A stretch of 62,375 nucleotides of DNA, the filler included, from Globobulimina sp. (lineage: Eukaryota): assembly GCA_003354225.1 (NCBI GenBank). It is 38 parts of 38 records of this genome, joined end to end, with 100 filler letters (N's around TTAATTAATTAA, not from the genome) between each part and the next. Parts side by side here need not be neighbours in the genome. Positions count along the whole stretch, not along the records: positions 42,757 to 44,300 come from PIVH01015041.1; positions 44,401 to 45,944 come from PIVH01015042.1; positions 46,045 to 47,588 come from PIVH01015043.1; positions 47,689 to 49,231 come from PIVH01015044.1; positions 49,332 to 50,874 come from PIVH01015045.1; positions 50,975 to 52,517 come from PIVH01015046.1; positions 52,618 to 54,160 come from PIVH01015047.1; positions 54,261 to 55,803 come from PIVH01015048.1; 30 more parts are not named here. The stretch is one strand, 5' to 3'. The notes beneath the pieces were generated by a model. That model was not told where the DNA came from. It saw only the letters and a program-made list of their open reading frames with translations, and did not search any database. The position numbers were made by a program, and so were the translations under genes. Shown here piece by piece: positions 43,149 through 55,903 of the stretch. The stretch's first letter is position 1. Each line of letters opens with the position of its first letter.

Positions 43149-43826
43149 TGTAAAAGTTGTTCACTAATCCAGTATGTTTCAAATAACTACAAGTTCTGCA
43201 CAGTGACTAGTTATATATATATATTAAATTAGAAAAGAAGAAAAAAAAAGGAAAAATAGATAAAATAAAAATAAAACAATAATATTAAAAAAATCAGATA
43301 TGTTCGGAGTCAGATTGACTGAATAATTTAGCCATTGTGTATAATATATGTGGATCAATATCATCCGTATTTGTATTTTGTTTTGATTGTTGATCTCAAG
43401 TATTATTGGAACTTTTCATCGATTCCCTATCAAATTTTTACATTCACATTCTTTTTTAATTTGATTAAATGGAAATATATCGTCGTCTGGTAATTCTTCA
43501 TGTGCTATCGTGCTAATAATCCCTTTTAATTTCATGATTGACATAGCATTATGTTGCATTTGTATATCATTAATATTCTGATAATCAATAAACAAATTAT
43601 AGAAATAACCCATAATAAGCCACAAAAATACATATCCATTCTATCAACACTTGAATTGCATCATTATTAAAATCCATTTCATTCTCATTCATCAATAATA
43701 ATTATTACAGATACATCCATTTCATTATCACCATCAAACACAAAACTTAAAAATGCCAAACCATCGGAATTATCACAAATTGCTGCATTTCGCATATTAA
43801 ATCTGCGATTTGTACATTATTTATTT

Positions 43827-44300
43827 TTAGCTGGTGGAATATTGCCCATTGTCGCCGGTGAACGTGTTAATAATCTCCACCATTCCGTGCGTTTTATAGG
43901 TGAACGACTCTTCCTTCTTCTCCTCGCAACACACGATCTCGCCTTTGAATCCGCGATAAAACGGATGCATCACAAACCATTCCTCGCCAGACAACTTTTT
44001 GCGGATATTCTTGATGATGTCGTTGGGATTATAGTTTGGTATCGATGTGCTCCAACCGGTGCCGATGCCTTTGCAGCCATTGATTAACACCATGGGGATA
44101 ATGGGCACATAATTCACAGGCTCCACGGGATAGCCATCATCTTCCTGGTAATCTAGGATCATATCATCGTTCTCGTGAAACAGTTTCCGTGTAATGGGCG
44201 CCAACATCGTATGGATGTATCTCGGGGATGCCGCGTCTTTGCCGCCTTTAATGCGACTGCCAAACATACCATTTGGCTGCAATAAGTTTATATTATTGCT
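43827..44300 (-). CDS. TOP2: DNA topoisomerase II fragment, abruptly truncated
   Basis: NNINLLQPNGMFGSRIKGGKDAASPRYI (catalytic Tyr), VPIIPMVLINGCKGIGTGWST. Confidence 0.93.
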   Translation of the reverse strand, partial: SNNINLLQPNGMFGSRIKGGKDAASPRYIHTMLAPITRKLFHENDDMILDYQEDDGYPVEPVNYVPIIPMVLINGCKGIGTGWSTSIPNYNPNDIIKNIRKKLSGEEWFVMHPFYRGFKGEIVCCEEKKEESFTYKTHGMVEIINTFTGDNGQYSTS

Positions 44301-44400
44301 NNNNNNNNNNNNNNNNNNNNNNNNNNNNNNNNNNNNNNNNNNNNTTAATTAATTAANNNNNNNNNNNNNNNNNNNNNNNNNNNNNNNNNNNNNNNNNNNN

Positions 44401-45256
44401 GAGCATTATGGGAAAAAATTCATGACCAATATCCTGCTTTTTTTTCTTAGCAATCTGCTTTTTTCTCTCGTTCTGCAATTTTTCTACACTGGGGCCATTC
44501 AACAATTTTGTAAGTTTTCGTAATGGCAAATAAAACAGCAATAAACACACACAACTCCATATTGCATCGAATGTTGCTCCGCTCCATATTATAATTTGTG
44601 TATACTGCGACGCCTTAAATTTCTGACAATCTGCTGGTGAATTAATTGCCGCAACAGATGCAAAATCAAAATATATTGAAGTCATATAAAATCCGCCAAT
44701 AATACACCTGTTTTGTATTTGTAACGCAAATAATTGTATGCTTAATTATGTAGACAACAATTAAAAACATACATTAATAAAAAGAATACAATGGCAGTCG
44801 AGACAATGATTTTTGCGGAATAGGCCAAGAATGAACCTTTGAACGCATAATATACCAAAGACATGAAGAATAAGTACATTGCTAATTTACCCTGAATATA
44901 AAATATAAAGTAGCAGAAATCAGAAATGTTATTTGTCGGAAATTAAAATTAACAGAGTGCGCACAAACCATCATGAAAAAAGCTATGTTAAATGTTTGAA
45001 GTTGGCAAAAAACAGAGGTGTAATGAATATTAAGATATGGTGCGTGCCATAATAATTGAATGCAATATAATAAAAATGAAATAAATACAAAGGTTGTATA
45101 TCCGAATAACGATACGATGGCGAATGTTTTAACTAAGCGTGTAATGGTTTCTCCAGATCTTTTTTGTGCTATTATAAAATGAATAAATGAAATAAACAAT
45201 ATGGTAGTGCAAAAACCGGAGACTAATGTGAAAATCAGAGTCTCTTCTCTAGACAT
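44401..45256 (-). CDS. 7TM/GPCR-like membrane protein with two introns, 3'-partial
   Basis: Serial hydrophobic helices, Cys at top of TM3 (VFCQ), FDAIWSCVCLLLFYLPL. GT-AG introns link ORFs. Confidence 0.65.
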
Positions 45257-45485
45257 GATTTAAATGTTTAGTAAACTGAAAAAAAAAGGTAAAATGAAAA
45301 CTCTTTGTGAACACAGAATTAAAAACTCTGAACAGTGTAAATTGATATTTAAGCTGGTTTTCAGTTACATGTTGATCTCTTCTTCTTGTTCCTCTTAACT
45401 TTCCTCCTCTTCTCTATTATTATTATCTTCTGTTTTTTTTGTTACTCCAGGTTTATTTAAGGATTTGACGTGTTTTCATTTCAAA

Positions 45486-45944
45486 ATGATGTGGTGGATA
45501 TGTTTGGCAGTAATTATGGTTGTCATTGTTTATTTTTACTATTTTTACATATTGGATCAAAAATGGATGATGACATCAGGTGTTCAATGGCTTCATATGA
45601 CTGATGATCTAAATATCACCGATTACAAACATAATTTAATTGCATTGTGGGCAAAAAGCGTTGCAAATTCATTGGGTTATACACAATTCTATGATAGATA
45701 TATCATTGATTTCTTGCCAAATTACACAAGAATTTTTGCGAGATGGCCATTTTGCTTAATATGGTGCGCCAACATGAAAAAAACAGACCCGACTGTTACA
45801 AGATTAGATTTAATGGACTTACACTTGTTACGGATATTCAAATTGTGTCAAACAGAATATCATTACACCGATTTACAAATTGTAATTATTGGCGCAGGAT
45901 TTGATAATAAATTTGTTAAATATAAGAATGAAACAAACAGACAA
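45486..45944 (+). CDS. SAM-dependent methyltransferase (LCM-like) with N-terminal TM, 3'-partial
   Basis: QIVIIGAGFD motif I. Confidence 0.65.
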
Positions 45945-46190
45945 NNNNNNNNNNNNNNNNNNNNNNNNNNNNNNNNNNNNNNNNNNNNTTAATTAATTAA
46001 NNNNNNNNNNNNNNNNNNNNNNNNNNNNNNNNNNNNNNNNNNNNATGAGTATGTAAATCAGTATTTATAATAGTGTTTATGTAGAGATGTTTACAATATT
46101 TACGGACTTCATCATTCACCAAAGTTCCAAGTCCCACTATTCAAGTCATTCATTTTGGAACACAGTTTTCAGCAAAAAAATCTTTTGACA

Positions 46191-47588
46191 ATGTCGTCTG
46201 AAGGAAATGCCGCAACCGATACATATCAATCATTAAATATTGGTGGTAGATCTTCATCCGATCTTACCAACATTGCCATACCTCACCAGGTCGAGGAAGC
46301 AAAGGACAACGATAACGATGAAGATTCGGATGATCTTCTAATGACATTTAATGCGCCAACACCTCGCTCGCCAGATGATGACATCGCTTTAGCATTGCAA
46401 GAAAGCACAGATAACAGCTTTCTCACTAAATGTTTGAATAAAATGATTGAGTCAAGCTGTGGCTGTTGTTGTTGTTGCGTATATACCGCATCAACTGCTC
46501 ATTCCTCTTCATTCCATTTCCAATCTGCATCTAAAAGTGATACAAATTATATATCCCAATCCTCAGCCTTATATTGGATAAAATATCCATTTATGAGAGC
46601 AGCACATAGCATGTGGAGAATATTCCTTTTCTGCTATTTTATGCTGGCAATACCATACATATACATATCATATATAATATTTTCAACATCCTGTTCGAAT
46701 TCAGATATTACGCATGCTTTAGGCGATGTTATTGATTTAAATGATACATCCTCCAATTTCTGTAATTTATATTACTGGATTTATATATGGCTGACACCGC
46801 TCTTATTTTTGATTGTAACCTATATTACAAAACGCGTCACGTTGCATAACGACATGAGAGGCGATCGATTAATATGTTTATTAAACATTATCTGTTTGGC
46901 GATTATTATTTATTTCTATGTCTTCTTTAATTATATCAATAAGTTATTAATGGAGAATGTGTGTATTAATTATCAAACATCGCACAGCATTCTACTTAAA
47001 AATGGCTGTGAAAATCAGATAAATATGTTTCCAGTTTGGCTGCTATGCAACACCATATATCTCATATTTATATCTATCAATATTATCCATGAACGGGTCA
47101 TATCGTTATGCTTGGTATGTTTTTTTCTTTTGTTTTGTTTTATAAATTAATTATCGATATATGTTCTATGCAAATGCAATGCAGACATTATATGACTTTA
47201 AGCCTAAAATAATCCGTCACCGCGTGTCTCACTCATACAATAAACGGAAGCGATCAGCTTCGAAATTCAAACGAAAATCAAAAAATATTGTCAGGAAACA
47301 ATATTGGAAGTTCCATCTCATTGAACCCACAAAAAGCGCCATAAACCATGTCATATTTAACATTTTCCATTTAGATCGACATAATATGAAATTGGGATTA
47401 GTTTATGTTTGGAGTGAAATAAAACGAAACAATTTCTCATTTTTTATTGGCTTATTTACTGTATTTATCAGTTGTTTTGTCGGCGCATTTTTACCCGCTG
47501 TCAATGATAAATCACCCGTTGTCTTTGTCAAATTGGCTGAAAATTCAGTTGGCGAAAATGATATGTTATTAACTGCTGCATTTTCGAC
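46191..47588 (+). CDS. Multi-TM protein with eukaryotic FtsX/MacB-like permease region; intron 47115-47184; 3'-partial
   Basis: SFFIGLFTVFI...KSPVVFVKLAENSVGENDMLLT resembles the N-terminus of protist FtsX-like permeases. Confidence 0.6.
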
Positions 47589-47688
47589 NNNNNNNNNNNN
47601 NNNNNNNNNNNNNNNNNNNNNNNNNNNNNNNNTTAATTAATTAANNNNNNNNNNNNNNNNNNNNNNNNNNNNNNNNNNNNNNNNNNNN

Positions 47689-48668
47689 TTAAACCAGAAA
47701 TAATATTCACTGTGAATGAGGTGAAGAAATTACAAAGCGATGACCCATTATATTCACAAAAGAATTGGGATAAGCAGTTATCGGTGGTATTATTATCATT
47801 GTTGTTTTGCGATAAATTTATTAAATTATTTGCAAACAAACAATTTATAACATCGGGCATATTAATTGAGGTAAAATCAGATATTCCGATCGGTGCTGGT
47901 TTGGGGTCATCGGCGGCGTGGTCCACGGCATTAAGTGGTGCCATTTATTGTTATTATCGATATATTGTCGCACATGAAAGACGCGAGAAAGTCTATGCAA
48001 TGGACAGCAAATCAATGGGGGAAATATGGAGTTTGTCGTATGATTTGGAAAGAATTCATCATGGAACGCCTTCGGGCATTGATAATACCACAGCAATGTA
48101 TGGCGGATATATCACATTTAAAAAGAAAGCAAATTTTAAAGTGATTGACGCCAAAAAAGAATTTATTCATCAAATGCCATTATTGGTAATAAATACGAAC
48201 ATTGTCGGAAATACAAAATTATTGGTTCAAAATGTGAGGGAATTACATAGCAAATATGCAGTAATTCTGGATGGTATTTTTGAATCCATCCAACAAATCG
48301 GAGTGAATGTTATGGAGAATTTGGTGGATAAAAATATTGACAAAAAAGTGCTGGCTCTGAATATAAATGAATTGTTTGCGTTGAACCACGGATTGTTGTT
48401 AGCTGTCGGTGTGGGACATGATGTTATCAATCGAGTACAACATATTTGTGACCAGTATGGCTTTAACAATGGATTTAAGATCACCGGAGCAGGCGGCGGT
48501 GGCTGTGTTATTATTCCCTTATTATCAAAATATTGTAATGGCAATGTGCAAAATGTCAAAGATGTTGATAAAGAAATTGAAAACTTCAGACATTCATTGT
48601 TGAAGAAAGGTTATCCATCATATCTGGTTCAAACTGGACAAACTGGACTTGAGTTTTCTTATAATTAA
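47689..48668 (+). CDS. MVK: Mevalonate kinase, 5'-partial
   Basis: SDIPIGAGLGSSAA, ERIHHGTPSGIDN, NHGLL..VGVGH, KITGAGGGGC. Confidence 0.95.
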
Positions 48669-48677
48669 AATTTAAGT

Positions 48678-49231
48678 ATGAATTATCCCAAATTCGAGTT
48701 AGGGCCATTGCAAGTTTGCTTGGATAGTGTAAAGCCAGTGTTGCAATGTTTAATTCATTCGATAATGTCCCACCGTACATTGGGCGTAGTGAGTCCACGC
48801 GAAATATCATCCGATGTATTTAGCAATATCTCATATATGAGCTGCAAGAATCAGACTGTTTACAATGAGATTGAAGAGAAGATCTCAATAATTATGCAGT
48901 CCATCAATAGTCAGCGAAATGTGGCAGAGAATAATAATAATAATAATAAATGTGGCAAGACTGAGATTGATCGCATATTGCTCTTATTTTATGAGTCAAA
49001 GCAAAAGGATCATTGGTTTGGCCAATCTCAAACAAAACAATATTGGGAACGATGGGACATTAAATTAAATATTATTCAATCAAAAAAAGATATGGATTTC
49101 TATAAATTGGAGAAAGAGATGAAAACAAATATCATTCAAATTATTGAATTTGTCAACAAAAATTACAATCATTTGCCAAAATTACCAAAAGAGAAAGAAT
49201 TATCATCGCCAATCTCATTTCCGTTTGAAAT
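48678..49231 (+). CDS. ATG101: Autophagy-related protein 101, nearly complete
   Basis: LQCLIHSIMSHRTLGVVSPRE, LLFYE...WF finger (DHWFG), YWERW, HLP, FPFE. Confidence 0.85.
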
Positions 49232-49331
49232 NNNNNNNNNNNNNNNNNNNNNNNNNNNNNNNNNNNNNNNNNNNNTTAATTAATTAANNNNNNNNNNNNN
49301 NNNNNNNNNNNNNNNNNNNNNNNNNNNNNNN

Positions 49332-49854
49332 CGTCTTTTTCAATTATAACATTTGTTGACAATAACAACTGCTCCATTTTCTGGGGAGTTATAATAAAAT
49401 CTTTGTTAAATGCACTTTTTTGTGTTGCAATTGATGGGTATTCAATATGTGCAAAACTCAAACATTCCACTACTTTTGATCCAGTTTTTTTGGAAATGTG
49501 TAATGACACTTTATTTGAACTGGTCGTGGTTGCTCTAATTCTCTGTATGTTTGGATGTAATTTTGAAACCAATGCATCGCTCCAATATGTAAATGGAACA
49601 AATAATTTTTTCCCTCTGTGTTTTGGATGCGTTCTTTCACCAAAAGCAAATGCGGTGATACCACCATCCATCACTTTCAATACTCTCGTTGCTATAATTC
49701 TGGATTCTGGTTTATATTCAACACCAACAAATATGCTTTTATCATCGTCTAAAATTCGATCAAAACTTCTATGCAGATAATCATGCCCTCTATATATTGA
49801 TTCACAAATGGCATTCACTGCGGAATGATCAGATTTCTTCACAAAACGACACAT
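49332..49854 (-). CDS. GNAT acetyltransferase (NAT16-like), partial
   Basis: IYRGHDYL, DGGITAFAFGERTHPKHRGK, NKVSLHI. Confidence 0.75.
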
Positions 49855-50974
49855 ATAATCACATGGACCTTGTTTTGAGATTTGTCATTATAAAATACTA
49901 ATATCACCATTTTTCTATCTTTGTCGATATTGATGCTATGTATTTGTAACTTTCAAAAAATCATAAATACTATATTTGTTGTACCTGACTAGCGTTGAAA
50001 GGTTCTAAAACCTTCAGGAAGCTGGTATACGATATCCATGATAAAATCACTTACCTCAAGTATACCCTAAGTTTTTGTCATTTTTTTTGTCAAATAAAAT
50101 TCAAAAGTCAATGCTAAGTCGTCGTAAAAAATTAGCTGGCAACATTACGGTCTGTGGTGTAGTGCTTTGCCGATTCAAACGACCGGCAAAAGATGCAGAT
50201 GGCGATCATTTAAAATACATATTACAACGAGTGCCGAAGAAAATACACTCAACGTATTATTTACAAGCTGGTTGGTGGGGAGCCGAACATGATGCACACA
50301 TTTTATTTTCTAGCAAAACAACAGTTAAATCCCGCGAATGCTTCGCCACATTATAGTTTCCATTGCAATCCACCGATGTTGATTTCTGCAATAATTTCAT
50401 AGACACATCTTCGTTCACTGTATAGTGAAAAAACGACAATTCCATTCCCACACTATTTTGTTCAAATAATAATTGTTTTCGCGCATCAAAATCTCGATAC
50501 GCAGAGCCTAAATCACTCGCAGAGGGCGACGAATCGATATCCATGGGATTAGGCTGTAAATAATGATCAATATTAATATCGCCAAGATCTAAATCATCAT
50601 CGTTTTCATCCACGCCATCTGCACCGCACTCAACTGCTTCCTCGGCATCTCCACCACCGTCAAAATCACCTAATAAATTCCTGCGACATCGCATTCGGGT
50701 CATTCTCATTATTTGCATCTTCCTCACGTATTGATGGCAATGTTGATCGCCTTCTTTTTTTATTTTTCTTCTTTCTTTGTGACGTCCTCAACGACGGCAC
50801 GTGTTTTGCCCATTTTCCACCTGCTTGAAATCGCCCATCTAATCTTGCTGTTAAATCAATAAATATGGCTTCTTNNNNNNNNNNNNNNNNNNNNNNNNNN
50901 NNNNNNNNNNNNNNNNNNTTAATTAATTAANNNNNNNNNNNNNNNNNNNNNNNNNNNNNNNNNNNNNNNNNNNN

Positions 50975-52251
50975 TTAAGATCAAAATTCGTATTTTCTTT
51001 AAAAAATATTTCAATTTCATAAATATGCTCATATCCAATATTTTTCATATTAATATCAATTGTTTCTTTATCTAAATTGAGGTTCTTTGCACCAAATAAA
51101 TTATTCCATTCAAAATAAACAAACAAAGCATTATTGCAAATAATGTCATTTGATAATCCTTTAACATTCACTGAAACTGTTGTAAATTTTACAAAATCGG
51201 AAAATTTATTGTCCTTATTTGCATTTATCACATTTACCATATACTTCAAACTTTTATCAATTAAATGATTAAATTGTCCAAATTGAATAAAATCCTTCAA
51301 CTTTAAAATAGGAATAAAACAAAAAACATCCTTCAATTTATTTGGTACACTTTCTGCTTGAATGCAAGACGAAGAATAAGAACAATAAACTAATATTCGT
51401 CTTTTATAACCATTCCCAAACGTTTTTGTATTACATCCAAATCTTTCAGCAATTTTATCAATTAATAACCTAAAATAATTGTTACATTCTGGAAATAATA
51501 AAACAAATTCATTTGACTCATGTCGTCCTTTCATACAATGTTTAATAAACCTTTCCATTTCATATTCAATCAATAGCACAATTCCGCGCAATTTAAACTT
51601 ACTCAAAGCCTCAAACAATTGTTGACCACCAAAACCTGCATTTAAATTCTCTTTTTTTTTGTTATTTTCAAAGGATTTATCAACTGCAAGTTTCATATCA
51701 ATCCAACATTGATCAGATTTACATCTTTTATGCAATTTCTTCAATAATTCATACATATTATTCATAGGAACCTGTTTGTTTGGATCGTACTTACAATTTT
51801 CTGATAAAATAGAAATCAATTTATCTCTCCAAATATTTGATAGCTGAGACATAAAAATGTCGTAATTAGCAGCAGCAGATTGATATGCTTTTGTTGATGA
51901 TATTCCTGACGCTTTCGAGTATATATAAATACAAAGGTTATTATTATTATCTGCTACGTATTGTTTTGGATTATAAATATTCATTTCTGTTGATACTGCG
52001 TCTAATGTTCCAACCAATTTGTCTCCAATACCTGCAACGTTTAACATCACGGAGAACGAATCAGTTGTTGCGATTGATAAGTTATTTACAGGCGCTATGT
52101 TTATGTTTGTGATTGTTGATAAATTTGGTAAATGAGTTTGCCATCGAGCGCATAATTTGTACGTTCGATCCAATGTAAAATAGGATTTGGACTGGTTCAT
52201 TGTGGATGTAACAGTTAATTTCCATCGCTCATTGTTGTTAACAAATGTCAT
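50975..52251 (-). CDS. Hypothetical protein with R3H-like domain, 3'-partial; frameshifted RS-rich region upstream
   Basis: LLFPECNNYFRLLIDKIAERFGCNTKTFG..KRRILVY. Confidence 0.55.
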
Positions 52252-52617
52252 GAGATTTATTGGTACGTTGTAATTCCAATTATGGCAAGAATGATTCCTT
52301 TCTATTTTGACATGTTTTGCACTTCGGATTTATAACGTTTTTCGAAGCTATATTTTTATTAGTAGAGAATGTCTATTTTACATTTGTTTTTTTTCGCATT
52401 CATTTAATTCTACGTTTTGTTCGTGACCTAGACCTTGAACGCGACCGCGACAATGATTTATTTTTATTTCTATCCCGTTTATAATCTCTACGATCTCTAT
52501 ACTTATCTGCATCTCTTNNNNNNNNNNNNNNNNNNNNNNNNNNNNNNNNNNNNNNNNNNNNTTAATTAATTAANNNNNNNNNNNNNNNNNNNNNNNNNNN
52601 NNNNNNNNNNNNNNNNN

Positions 52618-52954
52618 TATTCAATCAAACAGGAATGTTGATGCTAAGTGGAAGCAGATAGATTATGGATATGATGGATGGAGTGGTAATAAATGCTATT
52701 TAGGAAAAGGTGAAGAATATGGAATTAGATGGGGTGCCGGTGATGTAATTGAAATGAGAGTTGATTTTGAAAAACAAGAAATGGGATATTCAGTAAATGG
52801 GAGTGATCAAGGAATTGCTTTTAGGAATATACAGTTGGAAAAAACATATTATTTGGTTGTTCATCTACGTTGTGAAGGATCGAGCATTGTTTTAACTGAA
52901 AGTGAATTTGAAGAGCAAGAAAATAAAGCACAATGTCCATGTATAATTATGTAA
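52618..52954 (+). CDS. SPRY-like protein C-terminus ending in CaaX (CPCIIM); close paralogue of 3291-4132
   Basis: Near-identical nucleotide match to the reverse complement of 3291-3508. Confidence 0.88.
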
Positions 52955-53023
52955 TCTAATCTGTAACTGAATAATAATTGTTTTCTTAGTGTTTTGAAGT
53001 CTTTGTGTATTAATATTAAAGTA

Positions 53024-54160
53024 ATGGCAGACGTTTTAAACACCAGTCCGTCGATGAACAGTGTGAGTGTGTCGTACGACACCTCCTTCGACTCCCCATC
53101 CAATTACACAATGGGCCGCGCCGACTACGAAGAAGAAGGGCTAAAAAGAGCGTTTCTCGACTTATTGAAACTGACAATCCCCATCACCATCACCTCGCTC
53201 TTTGTGTCCTTGCTGTTGGCGGCAAACCTGATATGGATCGGTCACCATTCGAATGAAAAGGAGTTTGCCGGCGCAGCGTTGGGAAACATGATGGTCAACG
53301 TCATGGGCAATTCGATAATCATTGGCATGACCTCCGGCCTCGACACTCAATGCGGCCAAGCTTTCGGTGCTCGGCTCTACAAAATGATGGGTATATTGGT
53401 GCAGCGCTCGCTGTTGATGTCGCACATCGTTATCTGTGTAATAGCGGTAATATTTTGGTTCGCAGACGACATCCTCAGCGCACTCGGACAAAATGCAAAC
53501 GCAGCACACGAAGCTGCCCTCTTTATACGCATCTCGATAGCCTCATTGTGGCCCATTGCAATGTTCGGCAATTTGCGGAGATATTTGCAGGCGCAGAGAC
53601 AGGTCATTTTTATCCCCATCGCAGTGTTAATTGGCCTCATCGTCCAAATTGCTGCTCTCATTTTGCTGGTAAACGTGGCTGGCTTCGGCTACATCGGTTG
53701 TTGCATCGCGTTGCCCTCTTCGTATTGGTCCATGACTTTGTCGTTGTACGCCTTCACGAAATGCAGTGTGCCGTTAAGCAGAGCAGTGGACGCAACGTGG
53801 CCGGGTTGGGGCAAATGGGCATGGCGCGATTGGCGCGCTTTTTTGTCATTGTCTGTGGCGGGAACCTTCCAATTATGCGCAGAGTGGTGGGCGCTGGAAA
53901 TAATGGCACTGTTTGCCGGCCATTTTGGGTGCAAATACGTGGCGGCTTTGACGGTGACATTGAATATAATCGGAGTGGCGGCCAGATTGCCATTGGGGAT
54001 CTCTTTCAGTGCGGCGGTTTTGGTGGGAAATAAGTTGGGAGCACAGAGGGCAATGTCGGCCAAAATTATTTATGATTGCAGTATTGCGCTGTCTGTGGCC
54101 TCCGGCCTCCTGTTTGCTGCTTGCTTGTTTTTGTTGGCGGGGCCATTGTCGCATAGTTTG
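53024..54160 (+). CDS. MATE-family transporter, 3'-partial
   Basis: GLDTQCGQAFGA, LRRYLQAQ, CAEWWALE, VGNKLGA. Confidence 0.95.
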
Positions 54161-54402
54161 NNNNNNNNNNNNNNNNNNNNNNNNNNNNNNNNNNNNNNNN
54201 NNNNTTAATTAATTAANNNNNNNNNNNNNNNNNNNNNNNNNNNNNNNNNNNNNNNNNNNNAGTTTATCGGATTTTAATTTCAATATTCTAAATCAGATGG
54301 AACACGCGTTGTGAATGTATGAAACCTACAAAAAATATTGCAAAACATTTGATGCTTTGTTTGAGTTTTTAGAATGATGAAACTAATTTTTTATTCAAAA
54401 TA

Positions 54403-55074
54403 TTACCAAATAAAAGGAATATATTTATATTTCACTTTGCGACAAAATTCAACATGTTTTTCACCAAAATGCTTCCTTAATATTTCTTCTTCAGCATTTA
54501 TTCGAAATGGAAGACCAAACAGCATCAATGCACCCATTGGAAAATACCATGGTTCGGCCATATCATATACCAAAATACCAACTACCCATAATGCGTAACC
54601 AAAATAAGCAGGGTGTCTTACAATCGAATAAGGTCCATAATCTATCAATTTATGATCATCCATAATTTGAACATTTCCGGTATACTGTTTCCCCATAATA
54701 TGCGTTGCAGAGTGAAATAATGAAACTCCACAGACACTCAATATAAGTCCAATAACTTCATTTTTGATAATTTTTAATCTTTCAGAATCTTCCAGTTTTG
54801 ATAGCTTTTTATAATAAATTGATAACATTACAAGTGGTGATACCATGAACAGCGGGACGAGTATTTTAAGACCAAGCCATCGAACCAGTGCGATATCCTT
54901 TTTATTAGTATGACCACCGAGTCCCTCCATTTTCTTCCATTTTCCCTGATGAAGTGAAGCTGCGACCATAATGATAGGCATTCCAATGGAGGTAACACTT
55001 GCTGCTATGAATCGTGGGGAAATTAAAACTGGATACGCTGAAGATAATGTTTGTGTTACTTGAAGATACGCCAT
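54403..55074 (-). CDS. ICMT/PEMT-family membrane methyltransferase
   Basis: HKLIDYGPYSIVRHPAYFG, RINAEEEILRKHFG, KYIPFIW. Confidence 0.88.
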   Translation of the reverse strand: MAYLQVTQTLSSAYPVLISPRFIAASVTSIGMPIIMVAASLHQGKWKKMEGLGGHTNKKDIALVRWLGLKILVPLFMVSPLVMLSIYYKKLSKLEDSERLKIIKNEVIGLILSVCGVSLFHSATHIMGKQYTGNVQIMDDHKLIDYGPYSIVRHPAYFGYALWVVGILVYDMAEPWYFPMGALMLFGLPFRINAEEEILRKHFGEKHVEFCRKVKYKYIPFIW

Positions 55075-55091
55075 GGCCACTCGTTTACATG

Positions 55092-55325
55092 TCAAAACGC
55101 TTTGACTTCAGTGAAATTTGTCACATTTTTAAGTATATTTGTGATAGATTGTATAATAGTATCCATATGAATTTTCCAATGAGTACAGTTTGAATATTGA
55201 ATCAAATGTATCCATTCATTACACACCCATTTATTGATCAATTTCATAATATAATATGGCAATGGCTGCACATTTTCAAATTCTTTGCACAAAAAAGATT
55301 GATTAATAAAACTAAAGACCAGCAA
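55092..55325 (-). CDS. C-terminal fragment of a Kelch-associated hypothetical family
   Basis: LPYYIMKLINKW...EWIHLI...HWKIHMDTII. No 5' part present. Confidence 0.4.
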   Translation of the reverse strand: MLVFSFINQSFLCKEFENVQPLPYYIMKLINKWVCNEWIHLIQYSNCTHWKIHMDTIIQSITNILKNVTNFTEVKAF

Positions 55326-55379
55326 CTCATCTTAAATAAAGGCAATTAAAATAAATTAATTAACTCATCCAACATAAAT

Positions 55380-55803
55380 AAGATACAATGCAACATCCAT
55401 AATTCATGAGAAGCATTGGACTGTCGGATGGAACTGATGACAGAGTCAAGCAACCTTAAAAAACAGAGTATGTATATATATATATTCAGTGTCATATAAA
55501 TTAACATAAGAAACGTAACTGTGATGATAATAAACCCGCTGCGGCACAAATAATAGGTCTTATTACTTTTTTTAATAAATCTGCATCGTGTAAAGATAGC
55601 ATTTTTTTTAGAAAGACGGCTAATAAAATAATCGAGAACACTAAATTGGTGATTTGATACAATATCCGGGCGGTAAGACCCCACTCCTCCCACTTTTCCG
55701 GGGGAGCAAAGGTCAAAACCAATATAAATGCGGTACCAAACACTGATATCAATATAAAACCAATGAAAAATCGCATTTGTATAAGATTTGAGACTTGTTG
55801 CAA
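55380..55803 (-). CDS. 7TM-like protein C-terminal exons (degenerate)
   Basis: TM helices, LLDSVISSI after an intron. Confidence 0.4.
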
Positions 55804-55903
55804 NNNNNNNNNNNNNNNNNNNNNNNNNNNNNNNNNNNNNNNNNNNNTTAATTAATTAANNNNNNNNNNNNNNNNNNNNNNNNNNNNNNNNNNNNNNNNN
55901 NNN

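Noticed and set aside
53162-54154. Multiple overlapping ORFs within the MATE gene
   Set aside because: Expected by chance in GC-richer coding sequence. No motifs.
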